From contig OZ024740.1 in NCBI GenBank assembly GCA_964016885.1, forward strand, positions 269,080,001 through 269,144,000: a DNA stretch of 64,000 nt, written 5' to 3'. Positions 1-12,287 of this stretch are shown here, one piece after another. This stretch comes from Eledone cirrhosa. Lineage: Eukaryota. A model generated the notes under the pieces. The model did not search any database and was not told where the DNA came from. It was given only the letters and a program-made list of their open reading frames with translations. The position numbers and the translations under genes are program-made. Position 1 is the stretch's first letter; every line of letters starts with the position of its first letter.

Positions 1-780
1 GGAAATTAGCTAACCAGTGTAGAAAGGCCCTGAGAAAGACCCACTTAAAAATAAAGGTGGTAGAAAAGCCAGGAACCACCATAAAATCCCTGATCAGCAA
101 AACCTACCCTTTTAAGAAAACCCACTGTACCAATAGGAAATGTATCATATGTAAGGTGAACCCCCGGATAAACTGTAAAACTAGAAACGTAGTCTATAGC
201 ATAAGATGTACAGAGGGTACTTGCAGAAACATGACAACAACATACATAGGTGAGACAGCTCGTAGCATAGGTGAAAGGATAGACCAACACTGGGGGGAAC
301 TAAAAGGACGAAAAAACGGGTCAGTACTATACGAACATGCTAGACAACAACATGACGGTAACATAGACAACATAGAAATTAGAATAATATCTAAACATAG
401 GAATGACCCAGCAGATAGGCAAATCAGAGAGGCCAGTGAAATAGAAATTAGAAGACCAAAGCTAAACAGACAGAATGAGTGGAACAACAACAACACCCAA
501 ACAAACAGGAGGAACAAAGAATATAACACCACTGACGATGTTGCAGATGTGCAACGAAAGATTTATGTAAATTATGTAAACTATATATATGTGTTTGTGT
601 CTATATTGTATCTGTATTATTTTTGACCGTCGGTCAGTCAATGGCAACATTGAGGACCGAGTAAGTTAGATCGCAGATATAAAAGACAGCGAGAAGCGAA
701 AACCAACCAAACAGTGAGTGTGTTCTGTTATTAATTCTGGCAATATTACGCAAATATGACCCTCCCCAAGTATAACAATA
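1..780 (+). mobile_element. Penelope-like element 3' part: GIY-YIG endonuclease (ORF 57-626), HHR and pLTR tail
   Basis: The ORF has CTNRKCIIC, NCKTRNVVYSIRC..C, YIGETARSIGERIDQH and RQIREASEI..RPKLN. An HHR follows, then a tail ending ATGACCCTCCCCAAGTATAACAAT before (TA)n. Confidence 0.9.
528..569 (+). ncRNA. Minimal type I hammerhead, partly degenerate
   Basis: CTGACGA-T-GTTGCA(GATG)TGCAAC-GAAA-GATT-TA. Stem I is weak. Confidence 0.65.
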
Positions 781-883
781 TATATATATATACAAACACA
801 CACACATATATATATATATATATATGTGGAGTGAAAGAGAGAGAAAGATAGAGATAGATAGATAAATAGATAAATAATAGATA

Positions 884-1203
884 TGTTTCTTTTATTTGCC
901 ACTAGGGCATCAAAAGTGGGACAAGTACAACGGGGGGAGTTTACACAAAAAGGCGTCCTCAATAAGGAGGAGGCAATAACAAAATATAAAAATAAAATAA
1001 GATATAACAAAAAATAAAATTTATAACAAAATCCTCAATAGAGAGGAGGCGCCTTGGGGGGTCGCACACACCTCCGAAAAAAGTGTGCAACCCTTCTCCT
1101 CAGGAGCACAGAGAAGGGGTGCTCCCTTGGTCTTTCATCTTCCTCACCTATAGTCTGATGTAGAGTGAAGGCCCATTCACACGGGCCATTCTCGCCACTT
1201 TCA
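884..1203 (-). mobile_element. 5'-truncated 3' end of the Tx1-like LINE, in a (GATA)n-type repeat
   Basis: Encodes KVARMARVNGPSLYIRL*, matching the ORF2 end EARMARVNGPTLSIYL*. GATA/GATAAATA repeats lie on both sides. Confidence 0.85.
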
Positions 1204-1539
1204 TAGATAAATAGATAAATAGATAAATAGATAAATAGATAAATAATAGATAGATAGATAGATATGTTTCTTTTTTTTTAATAGATAGATAGATATATAG
1301 ATAGATAGATAGATATATAGATATATAGATAGATAGATAGGTATAATTAGCATTCTTTCGATAAACATGTAGCATTATAAACATCAATTATATCAACAGA
1401 ATACATACAGTAGATTGAAAGGAAAGTGTTCAAAAATATCCAACGCTAGTAGTTGGCACGTTGTCGACGCCTGCGTCATTCAATTTGAAGCAACTATCGT
1501 ATTTACTTTACAACAATAAAAGAAAAAAATGAAAGTAAA

Positions 1540-1726
1540 ATAATTGTTTCTACTTTAGGCACAAGGCCAGCAATTACGCAGTTCATTACTGGTACTTTAT
1601 TTTATCGACCCCGTAAGGATGAAAGGCAAAGTCAACCTCGGCGGAATTTGAACTCAGATCGTAAAGGGGCGTAACTATGCTGGAAAGCATGGCGTCCGAC
1701 CCTCTACCGATACTGCCAATCCACCA
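1540..1726 (-). mobile_element. SINE family A (tRNA head, Nin/Deu-like core); about 20 copies in the window
   Basis: B-box GAGTTCAAATC, core GCCTTTCATCCTTACGGGGTCGATAAAATAAAGTACCAG, tail GGCCTTGTGCCAAAAGTAGAAACAATTATT. Other copies near 2035, 2275, 2965, 3185, 7813, 8060, 8260, 13040, 16050, 22510, 22760, 23810, 37765, 39785, 43800, 54753, 57215, 61290 and 61855. Confidence 0.9.
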
Positions 1727-2439
1727 TAATGTTTTGGGATACATATAATACTTTTCATCCATACACTCAAACAAAAACTGAATTCCTTCAAACAAAAATT
1801 GAAGTACTTCAAATATTCTCATCTACTTTCTAAAGCATGTTTGATTTATTTATTCTGTCTTCTGAAGTAAATCCTATCAAATAGAATGCGAAGCTTCTCA
1901 AACATTCTGTCTAGAATTATAGAAAAGATAAAAGCTAATTTAAGCAAATTATAAAAAAAACATTAAAATACTTAGCTTATTGTAATATATTCAGAATATG
2001 AAATATCGTTATTTCAATTAGTTTGAGAGTAAAGTGGAGGAGAGTATGGATGGCTAGTAATTCAAAGCGTCTGACATCATGCTTCGTGACAGAGAGTTAC
2101 GACCCTTTATGTTCTGAGTTCAAATCCCATCGAGGTTAGCTTGGTCTTTCATTCTTACGGAGTCGATAAATAAAGCACCAGTAATGCACTGGGGTCGATT
2201 TAATTGACTTTCTCTTTCCCTCAATCTGTTGGTCTTGTGCCTAAATCAGAAACCATTATGTAATACCCAATGAATAATTGTTTCTACTTTTGGCACAAGG
2301 CCAGCAATTATCCCAGTTTATCACTGGTACTTTATTTTATCGATCCCGTAAGGTTGAAAGGGAAAGTTAACCTCGGCGGGATTTGAACTCAGACCATACA
2401 GTGCCGTAAGCAATGGGTAATATTGATAGGTTTTGGCCA

Positions 2440-3750
2440 GTATTTGCACAAAACATGTCTAACTTAATAGCACCACCTGGCTGAGTCTTTCAAAACATGG
2501 TTCACACCTAAGCCAGGTTTTGGGCACCATGGTCCACTCTAGTAAAGAGTTATCGTTTTCGCAGACATATCCAGTTATAGGGGGTTAATCTGAAATATCT
2601 TGGAGGAATTTATCCTGGGACCTTCTGATTCTGCTTTGATGTATTTAGGTATGATGCTAAAGGGAGCGTGACTAGTTGAGGTGAAATAGTTGTGCCGTAA
2701 TGTTATGAAATGCAAGTTCAATTTCTGCAGTGGTTGGATAGCACAAGGACCAAGCCTTAGGTAGATTTAATGGTTTTACTGTGGGTTTGGCGTTGGCTTG
2801 AACTCCCACTTCTATTAGTGTGTCCAGTCTCTGGAGTATTGAACAATCTCGCTGCAGACATAATGTTTTGCGTTGGGAATACCGGCAGATTTTAGGATTC
2901 CGGGTTACGTGTGTGGGTATTTTAAAGTTTATTTAGTGTTTGGTGGTGGTTATGTTATTGGTATAGTCGTTAAGATGTCGGATAGAATGCTTTAGATTAT
3001 TCGTCGCATCTCATTGCGCGCTCTGACTTCAAACCCCCACCGTGGTCAACTTTGCCTTTCATCCTTTCGAGGTCGATAAAAAGAGCACCACTCCTGTACT
3101 GGGGTCGATTATTTCTTTATAGAAAAAATTGACTGTGTTCAGACCTGGAGAGGGTTGGGCTCCGTCAGGTTTAAAAGTGCGCTGGACACGCCGCATGACG
3201 GTGCTTCCACGACTTTATTATTTTATTATGTTCAAATCCCGCCGAGGTTAACTTTGCCTTTCATCGATACGGGGTCGATAAAATAAAGTACCAGTAATGC
3301 ACTGGGTAATTGCTGCTCTTGTGCCAAAAGTAGAAACAATTATTTTATTAGGCTATTGTAAGATATGTTCTGTGGGTTTGGCTGGTGTTCGGATGCATTG
3401 CGTGTCTTGTCTTAAGTAGATGTGTGAAGTTACAGTCGCTGCGTCTGACCAAGACCGTAGTGAATAACTATATTTTGGGGGTTTCGTGTGTATGATGTAA
3501 GAAGCTTTAAATACTTCATAGATTTCAATCTGTGTATTGTTGACACATTGTTCATGGTGCTGTGGTGTATACATTTGGATTGAGGGGGAGAGGAAGAAGT
3601 AGAAAGGTCTGGGTCATCACTTATTGAGGTGGTAGAAGTGGTTCTAATATTAGCAGTAGATGATGACAGTGGTAATGGATGGTTGGTCTATTGAGATATT
3701 CTGAAAAAATGGTGGATAGAAATAATTGGAATAAGAAGAGACGTTAGGCA
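2440..3750 (-). pseudogene. Possible highly decayed PLE RT C-terminal/linker fragment, interrupted by SINEs
   Basis: IRTPAKPT resembles the T..Y.KPT motif. PPITGY...CEPC resembles the PLE linker. Confidence 0.35.
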
Positions 3751-3811
3751 TGACCGTGTCATTTAGTAAGACTTCTATTGTGTTAAAACTGATGAGTGGC
3801 TGCAGCTGCTC

Positions 3812-3812
3812 C

Positions 3813-3843
<31 letters not shown>

Positions 3844-3866
3844 GGTGGTGGTGGTGGTGGTGGTGG

Positions 3867-3897
<31 letters not shown>

Positions 3898-3902
3898 GTT
3901 GG

Positions 3903-3933
<31 letters not shown>
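3812..3933. repeat. Compound (GTT)n/(GGT)n microsatellite
   Basis: Seen directly. Confidence 0.97.
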
Positions 3934-4239
3934 GACGATGGTGATGATGTTGCTCTGTTTGTACAATATTTGGAGAAAATATGCGGTAAAGTTTTCTTCA
4001 AAATGACTGAAATTAATTTCTATGAAACTTTGTTATTTATGTGCTTCTTTGACCGGTCATTGAACAGTTGAACTGTTCTTTTAACAATGTAATTCAGACA
4101 TAGAGCATCTATGTTTACAATTTGGGAAAAATAAACCATGTGTTTATCAGAAGTTGGATTTCATTCTGAGAAGAACTTTGTTGGTTATAGACGTGCTGTG
4201 TAGTCATCCTGATGTATCTTTCGTTTCCTGTACTTTTTT

Positions 4240-4278
<39 letters not shown>

Positions 4279-4579
4279 GGTGGTGGTGGAGGTGTGGACT
4301 GATGGTGATTTTTTTTAATATTCAAGAACAAGTAAATGCAAGAATTCGTGCAGAAATTTATGCTTCAATAACGTGAAAATTGTAGTTAAAATAAGTATAT
4401 ACAAGTTTGTGGATAAAAATATAGTTAAAAATAATACTTTTTAGAGTTTCAGAAGAAGAGAAAGATAAGGATACTTTATCAAACGTAGCTTCGTGTCTTG
4501 CTGCTGATTTTAGGAGATTAGGAGAGCCTTAAAAACACGTCTTCAGTAGTCCAGTATATATATATATATATATATTATA

Positions 4580-4795
4580 GGAACGATCGACTTTCGTCAA
4601 ATCGGACCGAGGGAACAATGTTTCCGTTGGTCTTTCCAATTGCTAATACTATCTATCGGTCGCAACTCCAGGTAGAAGGAGCAACGTGAAATAAAGTGTC
4701 TTGCTCAAGGACATAACGCATCGCCTGGTCCAGGAATCGAATTCACAACCTTACGATTGCGAATCCAATTCTCTAACCACTCAGCCACACGCCTT
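4580..4795 (-). mobile_element. SINE family B (tRNA head, CORE-like GTCCTTGAGCAAG box); second copy at 20520-20772 (+)
   Basis: A and B boxes followed by TGTCCTTGAGCAAGACACTTTATTTCA. The two copies align. Confidence 0.75.
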
Positions 4796-4921
4796 CATAT
4801 ATATATATATATGTTCTTTGCCAGGGAACGTTTCCACGAACCAAAGTATCGTCTTCCTGTCTTCCTCCGGTTGCAACGTTTTTTGAAATATCCAGTTCTG
4901 CGTTTACAGATTGACTTTGTT

Positions 4922-4972
4922 AGTTTCAGAAGATCCCGTTAAGGGTGAAAGCAGCGATTCTTTGCTTAAACT
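4922..4972 (+). ncRNA. Hammerhead-like motif with CAGA core, in a PLE-type tail (4842-4995)
   Basis: AGTTT-CAGAAGA-T-CCC(GTTAA)GGG-T-GAAA-GCA(9 nt)TGC-TT-AAACT. All three stems form. Confidence 0.7.
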
Positions 4973-4993
4973 TTAATCTGTTATTTTAATAAA

Positions 4994-5157
<164 letters not shown>

Positions 5158-6018
5158 GGACTAATGAAGTATATAGAGGCGTGTTTTTAAGGCTCTCCTA
5201 ATCTCCTAAAATCACCAGCAAGACACGGAGCTACGTTTGACAAACTATCTTTAAATATATCAAATGAAGCAACGGAGTAAAGGACTAGCGTTAGTCCCTG
5301 TAATTCAATGATCTCAAGGAAAATTTTCCGGGCCCTTCAAAATATAATATAGAGAGGATAGAACACACAAAAAGAATGTTTTCATTACAGGGTGTATATT
5401 ACCACTAGAGTGAAAAACATAAAAACTGCGAGAGGCACAGGAAATACATTATATATCATCTTACCCAGACGAAGTCATTTCTCTCATTGTATAACGAACA
5501 TGTGCACTCTGGCCAGCTGGGCTCGAATTTTAAGAATACGAAATTGTTTGTTCATTGAGTGAGTGAGAAAACGACCTAAGCTATGCCCGTTCTACTCCAC
5601 TTGTTTTGTCTCCTAATTATATGTACATATATGTACATCCTAAGGGAAATCGGGGCTAATAAATATTGCAATCATAAGTGCGCGCGCACAAACACATACA
5701 CTCGCGCACTGAAAAGTTGTTATTAAGATTCTCTTCCATAAATTGTCTGCGAAATCTAGTGACCAATTAAAGAGTAATAGTCCATAAGTATTTCTCTAAA
5801 TTACTGTGAATAATTTATTGTAAATTGACCAGAATAGGAGTTCTTAATTACTCTACTAATTACAAAACTGCTTTATATGCAGTGTATAAAGTGTAACATG
5901 ATAGATTGCTGCGGGAAGTCAACATATTTATCTTTTCAGATTTCATTCTGGTTGAATATATACGTTTCCTCTTCTCGGTAAAAATAAATGGATTAGTCGA
6001 CAAGACAACGGAAACCGG

Positions 6019-6019
<1 letters not shown>

Positions 6020-6083
<64 letters not shown>

Positions 6084-6193
6084 GCATCTTCTTCTTCTTC
6101 TTCTTCTTCTTCTTCTTCTTCTTCTTCTTCTTCTTCTTCTTCTTCTTCTCCTTCTTCCCCTCCTCCTCCTCCTTCTTCCTTTTCTTCTTCTTC
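6020..6193. repeat. (CTA)n then (TTC)n; the latter is the tail of a minus-strand RTE fragment
   Basis: Seen directly. Confidence 0.95.
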
Positions 6194-7650
6194 GCACACA
6201 TATTCCTGAGAGTGTTGTTGGCGGCTGTGTCATCAAACACTGCTTCCAGTGGGTCCTGTCAGAAGCAACCGTCTCCAAAAGATCCGACTGGATCCCCAAG
6301 CAAGACCAGCCGAGCTCATGGATGGTATCTGGGTCACCTGTCGGCTGGTTTAGCCCAAAAATATGTCCAGTGATTTTTTTTCCTGAGACATTCTAACCAC
6401 ATGCCCGTGGTATCGGAGCTGTGATCTCTCAATTCATTACTAACTTCAAACTGTTAATGATATATTTTGCCATCTATTTCGTGAAGATTTCTATAATAAA
6501 AATTAATAATCTTTCAGTAGACAAGACAATTAATGAAGACATAATTACCAAATTACCACATTCTATATCACATGTGGAATGTACCACATGAAGGAGAACA
6601 AGTTTCTAATAATATGGCATAATATTAAGTCCACAATTTGAAATTAGGCTGCCTCTGGAGGAAAAATTTCAAAGCCTGCTCTCCAATATTAAAATATTTG
6701 GATCGACTAGATTACCAAATGATCTTCTACATCGCTAGTCAAAATGCACTTCTATTTCTTTCTTGATTGCGCCCCTATCTTCAAACGATTTGATTCAATT
6801 CACTTGACTATGTCATATTCCTATTATCCTGGTAATAATCTTTTCCGGTCATTTAGATGCCACTCGAAAACTGTAAAACTTACTACATGTCCGACTCAAT
6901 GGAACTTGTATTTTCGGAATTCTCTGAACATAACATTCATTCTGTTCTTGAATTACCTCGTTTCGAATATGGTCTTGCAATGATATGCCTAGCAGAGTTC
7001 TCAATATCATAGATACGACCGTAGCATTGAAATGAATGGGAAGAAGAGTCTTATCCAGCTGTGCATTGAGAACATCAGTAATCATGATAAATGCCCCCCC
7101 CCCCCCTGTACTTACTCTGTAATAGATTTCAACGTTCATGTCTCGATATATATTTACTGTCTGCTCTAAGTAGACGTACTTTTTCAGATTCTCAATTTCA
7201 ATCTTTCCAACTCATATCCGGCTTCTTATACGACGTTTTCGAACCGCAATGTATTTTGTTTTGAGCTTGTTCTGTTTCACCCTTGCTAGAAGCTTTGTTA
7301 GAGCAAGTATGTGGCTTGCAGTGTTGCAGTTCTTTCGAAAGCAGTTTGCTACCTCGGTTGCTGGTCTTCGAGATTTTTCGATAGACTGGAGACTAGAGCC
7401 ATAGTAATCTTACGATTTGCTGTTAATACTCTAATTAAAGCTCCCAGACGTTTTGACTCAAATGGTACAACCAGATTACAGCTAAATTAAAACATTGCTG
7501 TTACCTCGATTGCTCCTAAGTGCAGTCTATAGGCGTTATACGATATTTTGTCTGAGAAGTTAAGAAGCTCCTCAGGCTGAGGAGTCTTTCTCCGCTACAC
7601 TATGAATTCTCTAAACATCAGTAGACTACCAGCTTGTGATATATTTTGAA
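6194..7650 (-). mobile_element. Decayed RTE-clade LINE fragments
   Basis: LETVASDRTHW and ILRTLLGISLQDHIRNEVI are RTE RT C-terminal motifs. A (GAA)n tail follows on the element strand. Confidence 0.65.
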
Positions 7651-8880
7651 TAGAACATCGAAAGTTATTACCAATGCCTATTCGCACTCCTATTGTAATT
7701 CAGCAGATATCATTACCAAGCTACACGCTAACAAGTGATGGAAGAGATCTAAAATCTAAAACCACACAATCCCTGAAGTTACATTCAATCGAGTATTATT
7801 TATTGATTAAATAGGGCGGTGGGTTGGCAGTATCGGTAGAGGGTCGAACACCATGCTTTGACGCATAGAGTTACGGCCTTTTCCAATCTGAATTCAAATC
7901 CTGCCGAGGTCAACTTTGCTTTTCATCCTTAAGGGTCGATAAAATAAAGTACCAGTAATGTACTGGGTAATTTCTGGCCTTGTGCCAAAAGTGGAAACAA
8001 TTATTTATTGATTAAATGTACCTATTTGAAATTCATTTCAGCGTAAGCTAGAAATATTTATAATTGTTTCTACTTTTGGCCAGCAAATACCCAGTGCATT
8101 ACTGGTACTTTATTTTATCGACCCCGTAAGGATGAAAGGCAAAGTTAACCTCGGCGGAATTTGAACTCAGATCATACAGGGAGGTAACTCTATACATCAA
8201 AGCATGGCGTCCGACCCTCTACCGATACTGCCATTCCACCGCCTTTATAATATTTATAATAATTGTTTCTACTTTAGGCACAAGGCCAGCAATAACCCAG
8301 TACATTACTGGTACTTTATTTTATCGACCCCGTAAGGATGAAAGGCAAAGTTAACCTCGGCGGGATTTGAACTCAGAATGTAAAGGGACGTAACTATGCT
8401 AGAAAGCATGGCGCCCAACCCTCTACCGATACTGCCAATTCACCGCCCTCATAATATTGGTAATAATATTTATATAATATTTTATACACTGATTATTGAA
8501 ATATATGCACTTACATATATTTCTACTAAATTTGCTTATAATTAGATTGGGTCAGTGTGAGGTGTGACGTAATTTTAATTTCAGTTTGAAAGCGAATTAC
8601 TTGCTAACACACTGACTTTATGATCTGCACAATGCATTAATTACGAGAATTGAAGATATTTAATTATTTTCCTTTCTTTCTACAAAAGAGGAATACAACC
8701 TGAAAATTATATTTAGCCTTGCGAAACATACACATGTCCAGACACACAGACATATAAAAGTATATATATATATACACGAATATATATATATACGCACACG
8801 CACACACTCACACACACATATATTTATACGCGCGCGTACACACACACACATATTTATACGCACGCGCACACACACACACA

Positions 8881-8919
<39 letters not shown>

Positions 8920-8924
8920 ATAAT

Positions 8925-9125
8925 AATAAATTTGAAGACTAAAATCCAAAGAGGGCTCGATAAGGATAAATATATATCAAATATATAAGAACCGTAGAGC
9001 AAATATTTATTAAAATAACAGATTAAAGTTTAAGCAAGGAATCGCTGCTTTCACCCTTAACGGGATTCTGAGTTTCAGATGATCCCGTTAAGGGTGAAAG
9101 CAGCGATTCTTTGCTTAATCTGTTA

Positions 9126-9132
<7 letters not shown>
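8925..9132. mobile_element. Foldback PLE-type tail with CAGA-core HHR (9071-9116, +)
   Basis: Same family as 4842-4995 and 57305-57541. The arms are inverted about ~9073. Confidence 0.75.
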
Positions 9133-9203
<71 letters not shown>

Positions 9204-9624
9204 GGAGGTGAGTTTTATTGTAGTACAATAAAGCAATGCAGATATCGGATAAGAAGCACTCTACAGTTTGTAGGACTGGAGTATACATAATATATAATAT
9301 ATAAGATCAAAAGATAGTTAAATGAGTTCCATGTATTTTATTATGTGCATTTCAAAAACAAATATCATCATGCAATAACATTTGTGTTTTCATCAGATAA
9401 AATAGGAGGACATGATATGAAGGTTAAAAACACTTGTGGATAGTGCAGTTTTAAATCAACATATTGATATGTTGATTTAAAATGCACTATCCACAAGTGT
9501 TTTTAACCTTCATATCATGTCCTCCTATTTTATCTGATAAAAACACAAATGTTATTGCATGATGATATTTGTTTCTGAAATGCACATAATAAAATACATG
9601 GAACTCATTTAACCGTCTTTTGAT

Positions 9625-9669
<45 letters not shown>

Positions 9670-10597
9670 CAGTAGAATAATTAATCATGATCATTCCAAT
9701 AACTTTAATAAAAGACCTAGATACAAAAACATAATCTGGTATAATGCTCCTTTCTCCATCTCTATTAATAATAATATTCCTAACTTATTCTTTAGTGCCT
9801 TAAATAAATGCATCCCTCCCTCACATATCTATAGTAAAATATTTAACAAACACACTATAAAATTTTCCTATTCGACCTCCTCCAACATTTCCAACATTAT
9901 CTCTAAACACAACAATAAAATACTAAATACTAAATCTCTTCCTTCCAACACTGAATATCATAATAATAGTAATAGTACTCCCGACGTCATTGTAAACTCT
10001 AGGCTAATTTCTGCAAACCCAAATACAACGTCAAACATAACTTCGCTAAATGTTCTTAATCCCATTCTAAATCAAGAAACTATTATTCCTATCGCAAATA
10101 ACTTCTCCAATCCAATTCCTTCTATAGATAACACTAGGTCACTCGTTAATAATCTTTCTAATCGCAATTGCAATTGCCCTGTTAAAAATAAATGTCCTCT
10201 CAACAACCATTGTCTTGATAAAAACTTAATCTACGAATGTAAAGTTATAACTGACACCAATTCCTTCACCTATTTTGGCTCCACTTCCACCTCCTTTAAA
10301 GCTCGTCTTTATAATCATCATTCGTCTTTTAAATACCAACTTAAAAGAACCAACACGGCTCTCTCAGAACTCATATGGTCCTTGAAAGACAAAAATATTA
10401 AATATAACATCTCTTGGAAAAAGGTTTCTTCTGCTTCTCCATACTTGAACAGTTCTCTATCCAAGACTTGCAATCTCTGTCTAAATGAAAAATTTACCAT
10501 TATATCTAATTTAGATTCTATAATAAATAGACGCACTGACTTGTTTTCTCTCTGCTTGCATAAATTCCACAGAACATTCCATAAAGTATACAGCTAA
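9670..10597 (+). CDS. 5'-truncated PLE ORF: linker plus GIY-YIG endonuclease
   Basis: IIWYNAPFS, KIFNKHTIKFSYS, CNC....CPL...C, LIYEC, YFGST..SFKARLYNH, ALSELIWSLK, CNLCLNEK, CLH. Confidence 0.88.
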
Positions 10598-10637
10598 TAT
10601 CCAATACTTTATCAATTTAGAATCCTTTTCTCAAAGG

Positions 10638-10680
<43 letters not shown>

Positions 10681-11053
10681 TTCTTTAAAAATATACCCAT
10701 CTTTCTACCTTATTTCAAAGTTATTTATTATACATTATATAATACTTGTTACTCATTCTATATCACTCCTATTTATCACTTCCATTTCTTCCTTTTCCTT
10801 TTCTTTTCTTTTTCTTTTAATTTCTAACCCCTAATCTCTACCTTTTCTCACTGTGCCTAACATAGAAACAATTATTACACAATACAATATGTTCTTACTT
10901 TATATCACCTTGAAAAAATCCTTCGTAAATATAAACACATTTTTTTGACGTTAGATTATTCATCCTCAATTCATTATTTTTTCTCCCTTTCATCTAACTT
11001 ATTCATGCTCATCTCACAACATATCCTTACTTACATTACTTTTGTTTTTTTAA

Positions 11054-11221
11054 TAATACATATCAACATTTTCTTTCCATCGCACATATTATTAAGCCCT
11101 TAAATATTATTCTTAATACATATTAACATTTTCTTTCCATCGCACATATTATTAAACCCTTAAATATTATTCTTAATACATATTAACATTTTCTTTTCAT
11201 CGCACATATTATTAAACCCTT
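11054..11221. repeat. 60-bp minisatellite, about 3 copies, in the PLE 3'UTR
   Basis: ACATTTTCTTTCCATCGCACATATTATTAA recurs at a 60-bp period. Confidence 0.92.
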
Positions 11222-11588
11222 CAATATACAAACCTTAACTTTACAAGATTTTTCTCTTCGTTAATTTTCAAATTCTTTTAATTTATGCATTATCTTCCAA
11301 CGGTTTTTCAACCTCTCTATGTAAAATAATATATTTTTCTCAGTTATAAAAGCTATCTCTCTCTCTCTCTATCACCCATCTCTCCTCCTATCTCCTCCTT
11401 CCTCATTATACACCTCCCCCTCCACTTTTTACTCTCATCTCCTCCTCTTTTTCATCCTTTCCACCCCAACCCCCTCAAAAATTTGTTTTCCCAATATCAC
11501 ACATCAATCTAAAACTACTTTTCATATGTTGATTTAAAACTGCACTATTCACAAGTGTTTTTTAACCTTCATATCATGTCTTCCTATG

Positions 11589-11649
11589 TTATCTGATGAA
11601 AACAAATATTATTGCATGATGATATTTGTTTTTGAAATGCGCATAATAA
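11589..11649 (+). ncRNA. Minimal hammerhead (other copies 9338-9400 minus, 9530-9592 plus)
   Basis: TTAT-CTGATGA-long stem II-GAAA-TGCGCA-TA-ATAA, with a palindromic stem III. Confidence 0.85.
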
Positions 11650-11683
11650 AATACATGGAACTCTTTTAACCATCTTTTGATCT

Positions 11684-11745
<62 letters not shown>

Positions 11746-11893
11746 GAACTAACAGGAGGCTGGACTGGTGTAAATCCTTGAAAGGGCGGCTAGCTGTGAA
11801 GCTAGTTGGTCAGCCGCCTTCTCTGTCTCTGGTTTCTCGGACCCATGGTTTTTCGGACCCATGGCTTTTTACATATTTCTTTGTTATATTCCA

Positions 11894-11951
11894 ATACCTG
11901 ATGATATCACCGGATTCATATGGAACCCGGTCATTGAAATGATCATAGTAT
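11894..11951 (+). ncRNA. Minimal hammerhead inside ~43-bp inverted repeats (11741-11783/11960-12002)
   Basis: ATAC-CTGATGA-stem II (ACCGG/CCGGT)-GAAA-TGATCA-TA-GTAT. Confidence 0.85.
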
Positions 11952-12145
11952 AATAAACTTTTCAAGGATTTACACCAGTCCAGCCTCCTGTTACTTCATT
12001 TATAATTAACGCCGAATTCGCACCACCAACTACACAAACGAAGATGGGTGAACTGCACTGCGTTGAGTACTCTTCACAATATTACACCAGGATTGACCAT
12101 ACAGAATGACCAGTTCTATCCAGTGGTGAACCAAAAAACCTTAAG

Positions 12146-12181
<36 letters not shown>

Positions 12182-12249
12182 CGAATTAACAAACAAACAA
12201 GCGCAGGAGTAAATGGTACATGGTGTTATTAGCTCCACGCATTGTGTTG

Positions 12250-12287
12250 TTTACGACTTTTCGGACATAAGTCCTTCATCAGGAGAG
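12250..12287 (-). ncRNA. Degenerate hammerhead in a PLE tail
   Basis: CTGATGA-A-GGAC(TTAT)GTCC-GAAA. Stems I and III are decayed. Confidence 0.5.

Larger units (their letters stand above)
9298..11692 (+). mobile_element. PLE (Naiad-like GIY-YIG): inverted pLTR, pLTR, ORF fragment, 3'UTR, pLTR
   Basis: Palindrome 9298-9464/9467-9632 and a direct copy at 11524-11690. Each copy carries an HHR. Confidence 0.9.

Noticed and set aside
1630-1726. tRNA-like boxes
   Set aside because: They are SINE heads with no complete cloverleaf.
3750-4071. Low-complexity ORFs here and over the (TG)n, (TA)n, (TATG)n and (GA)n tracts
   Set aside because: They are microsatellite translation artefacts.
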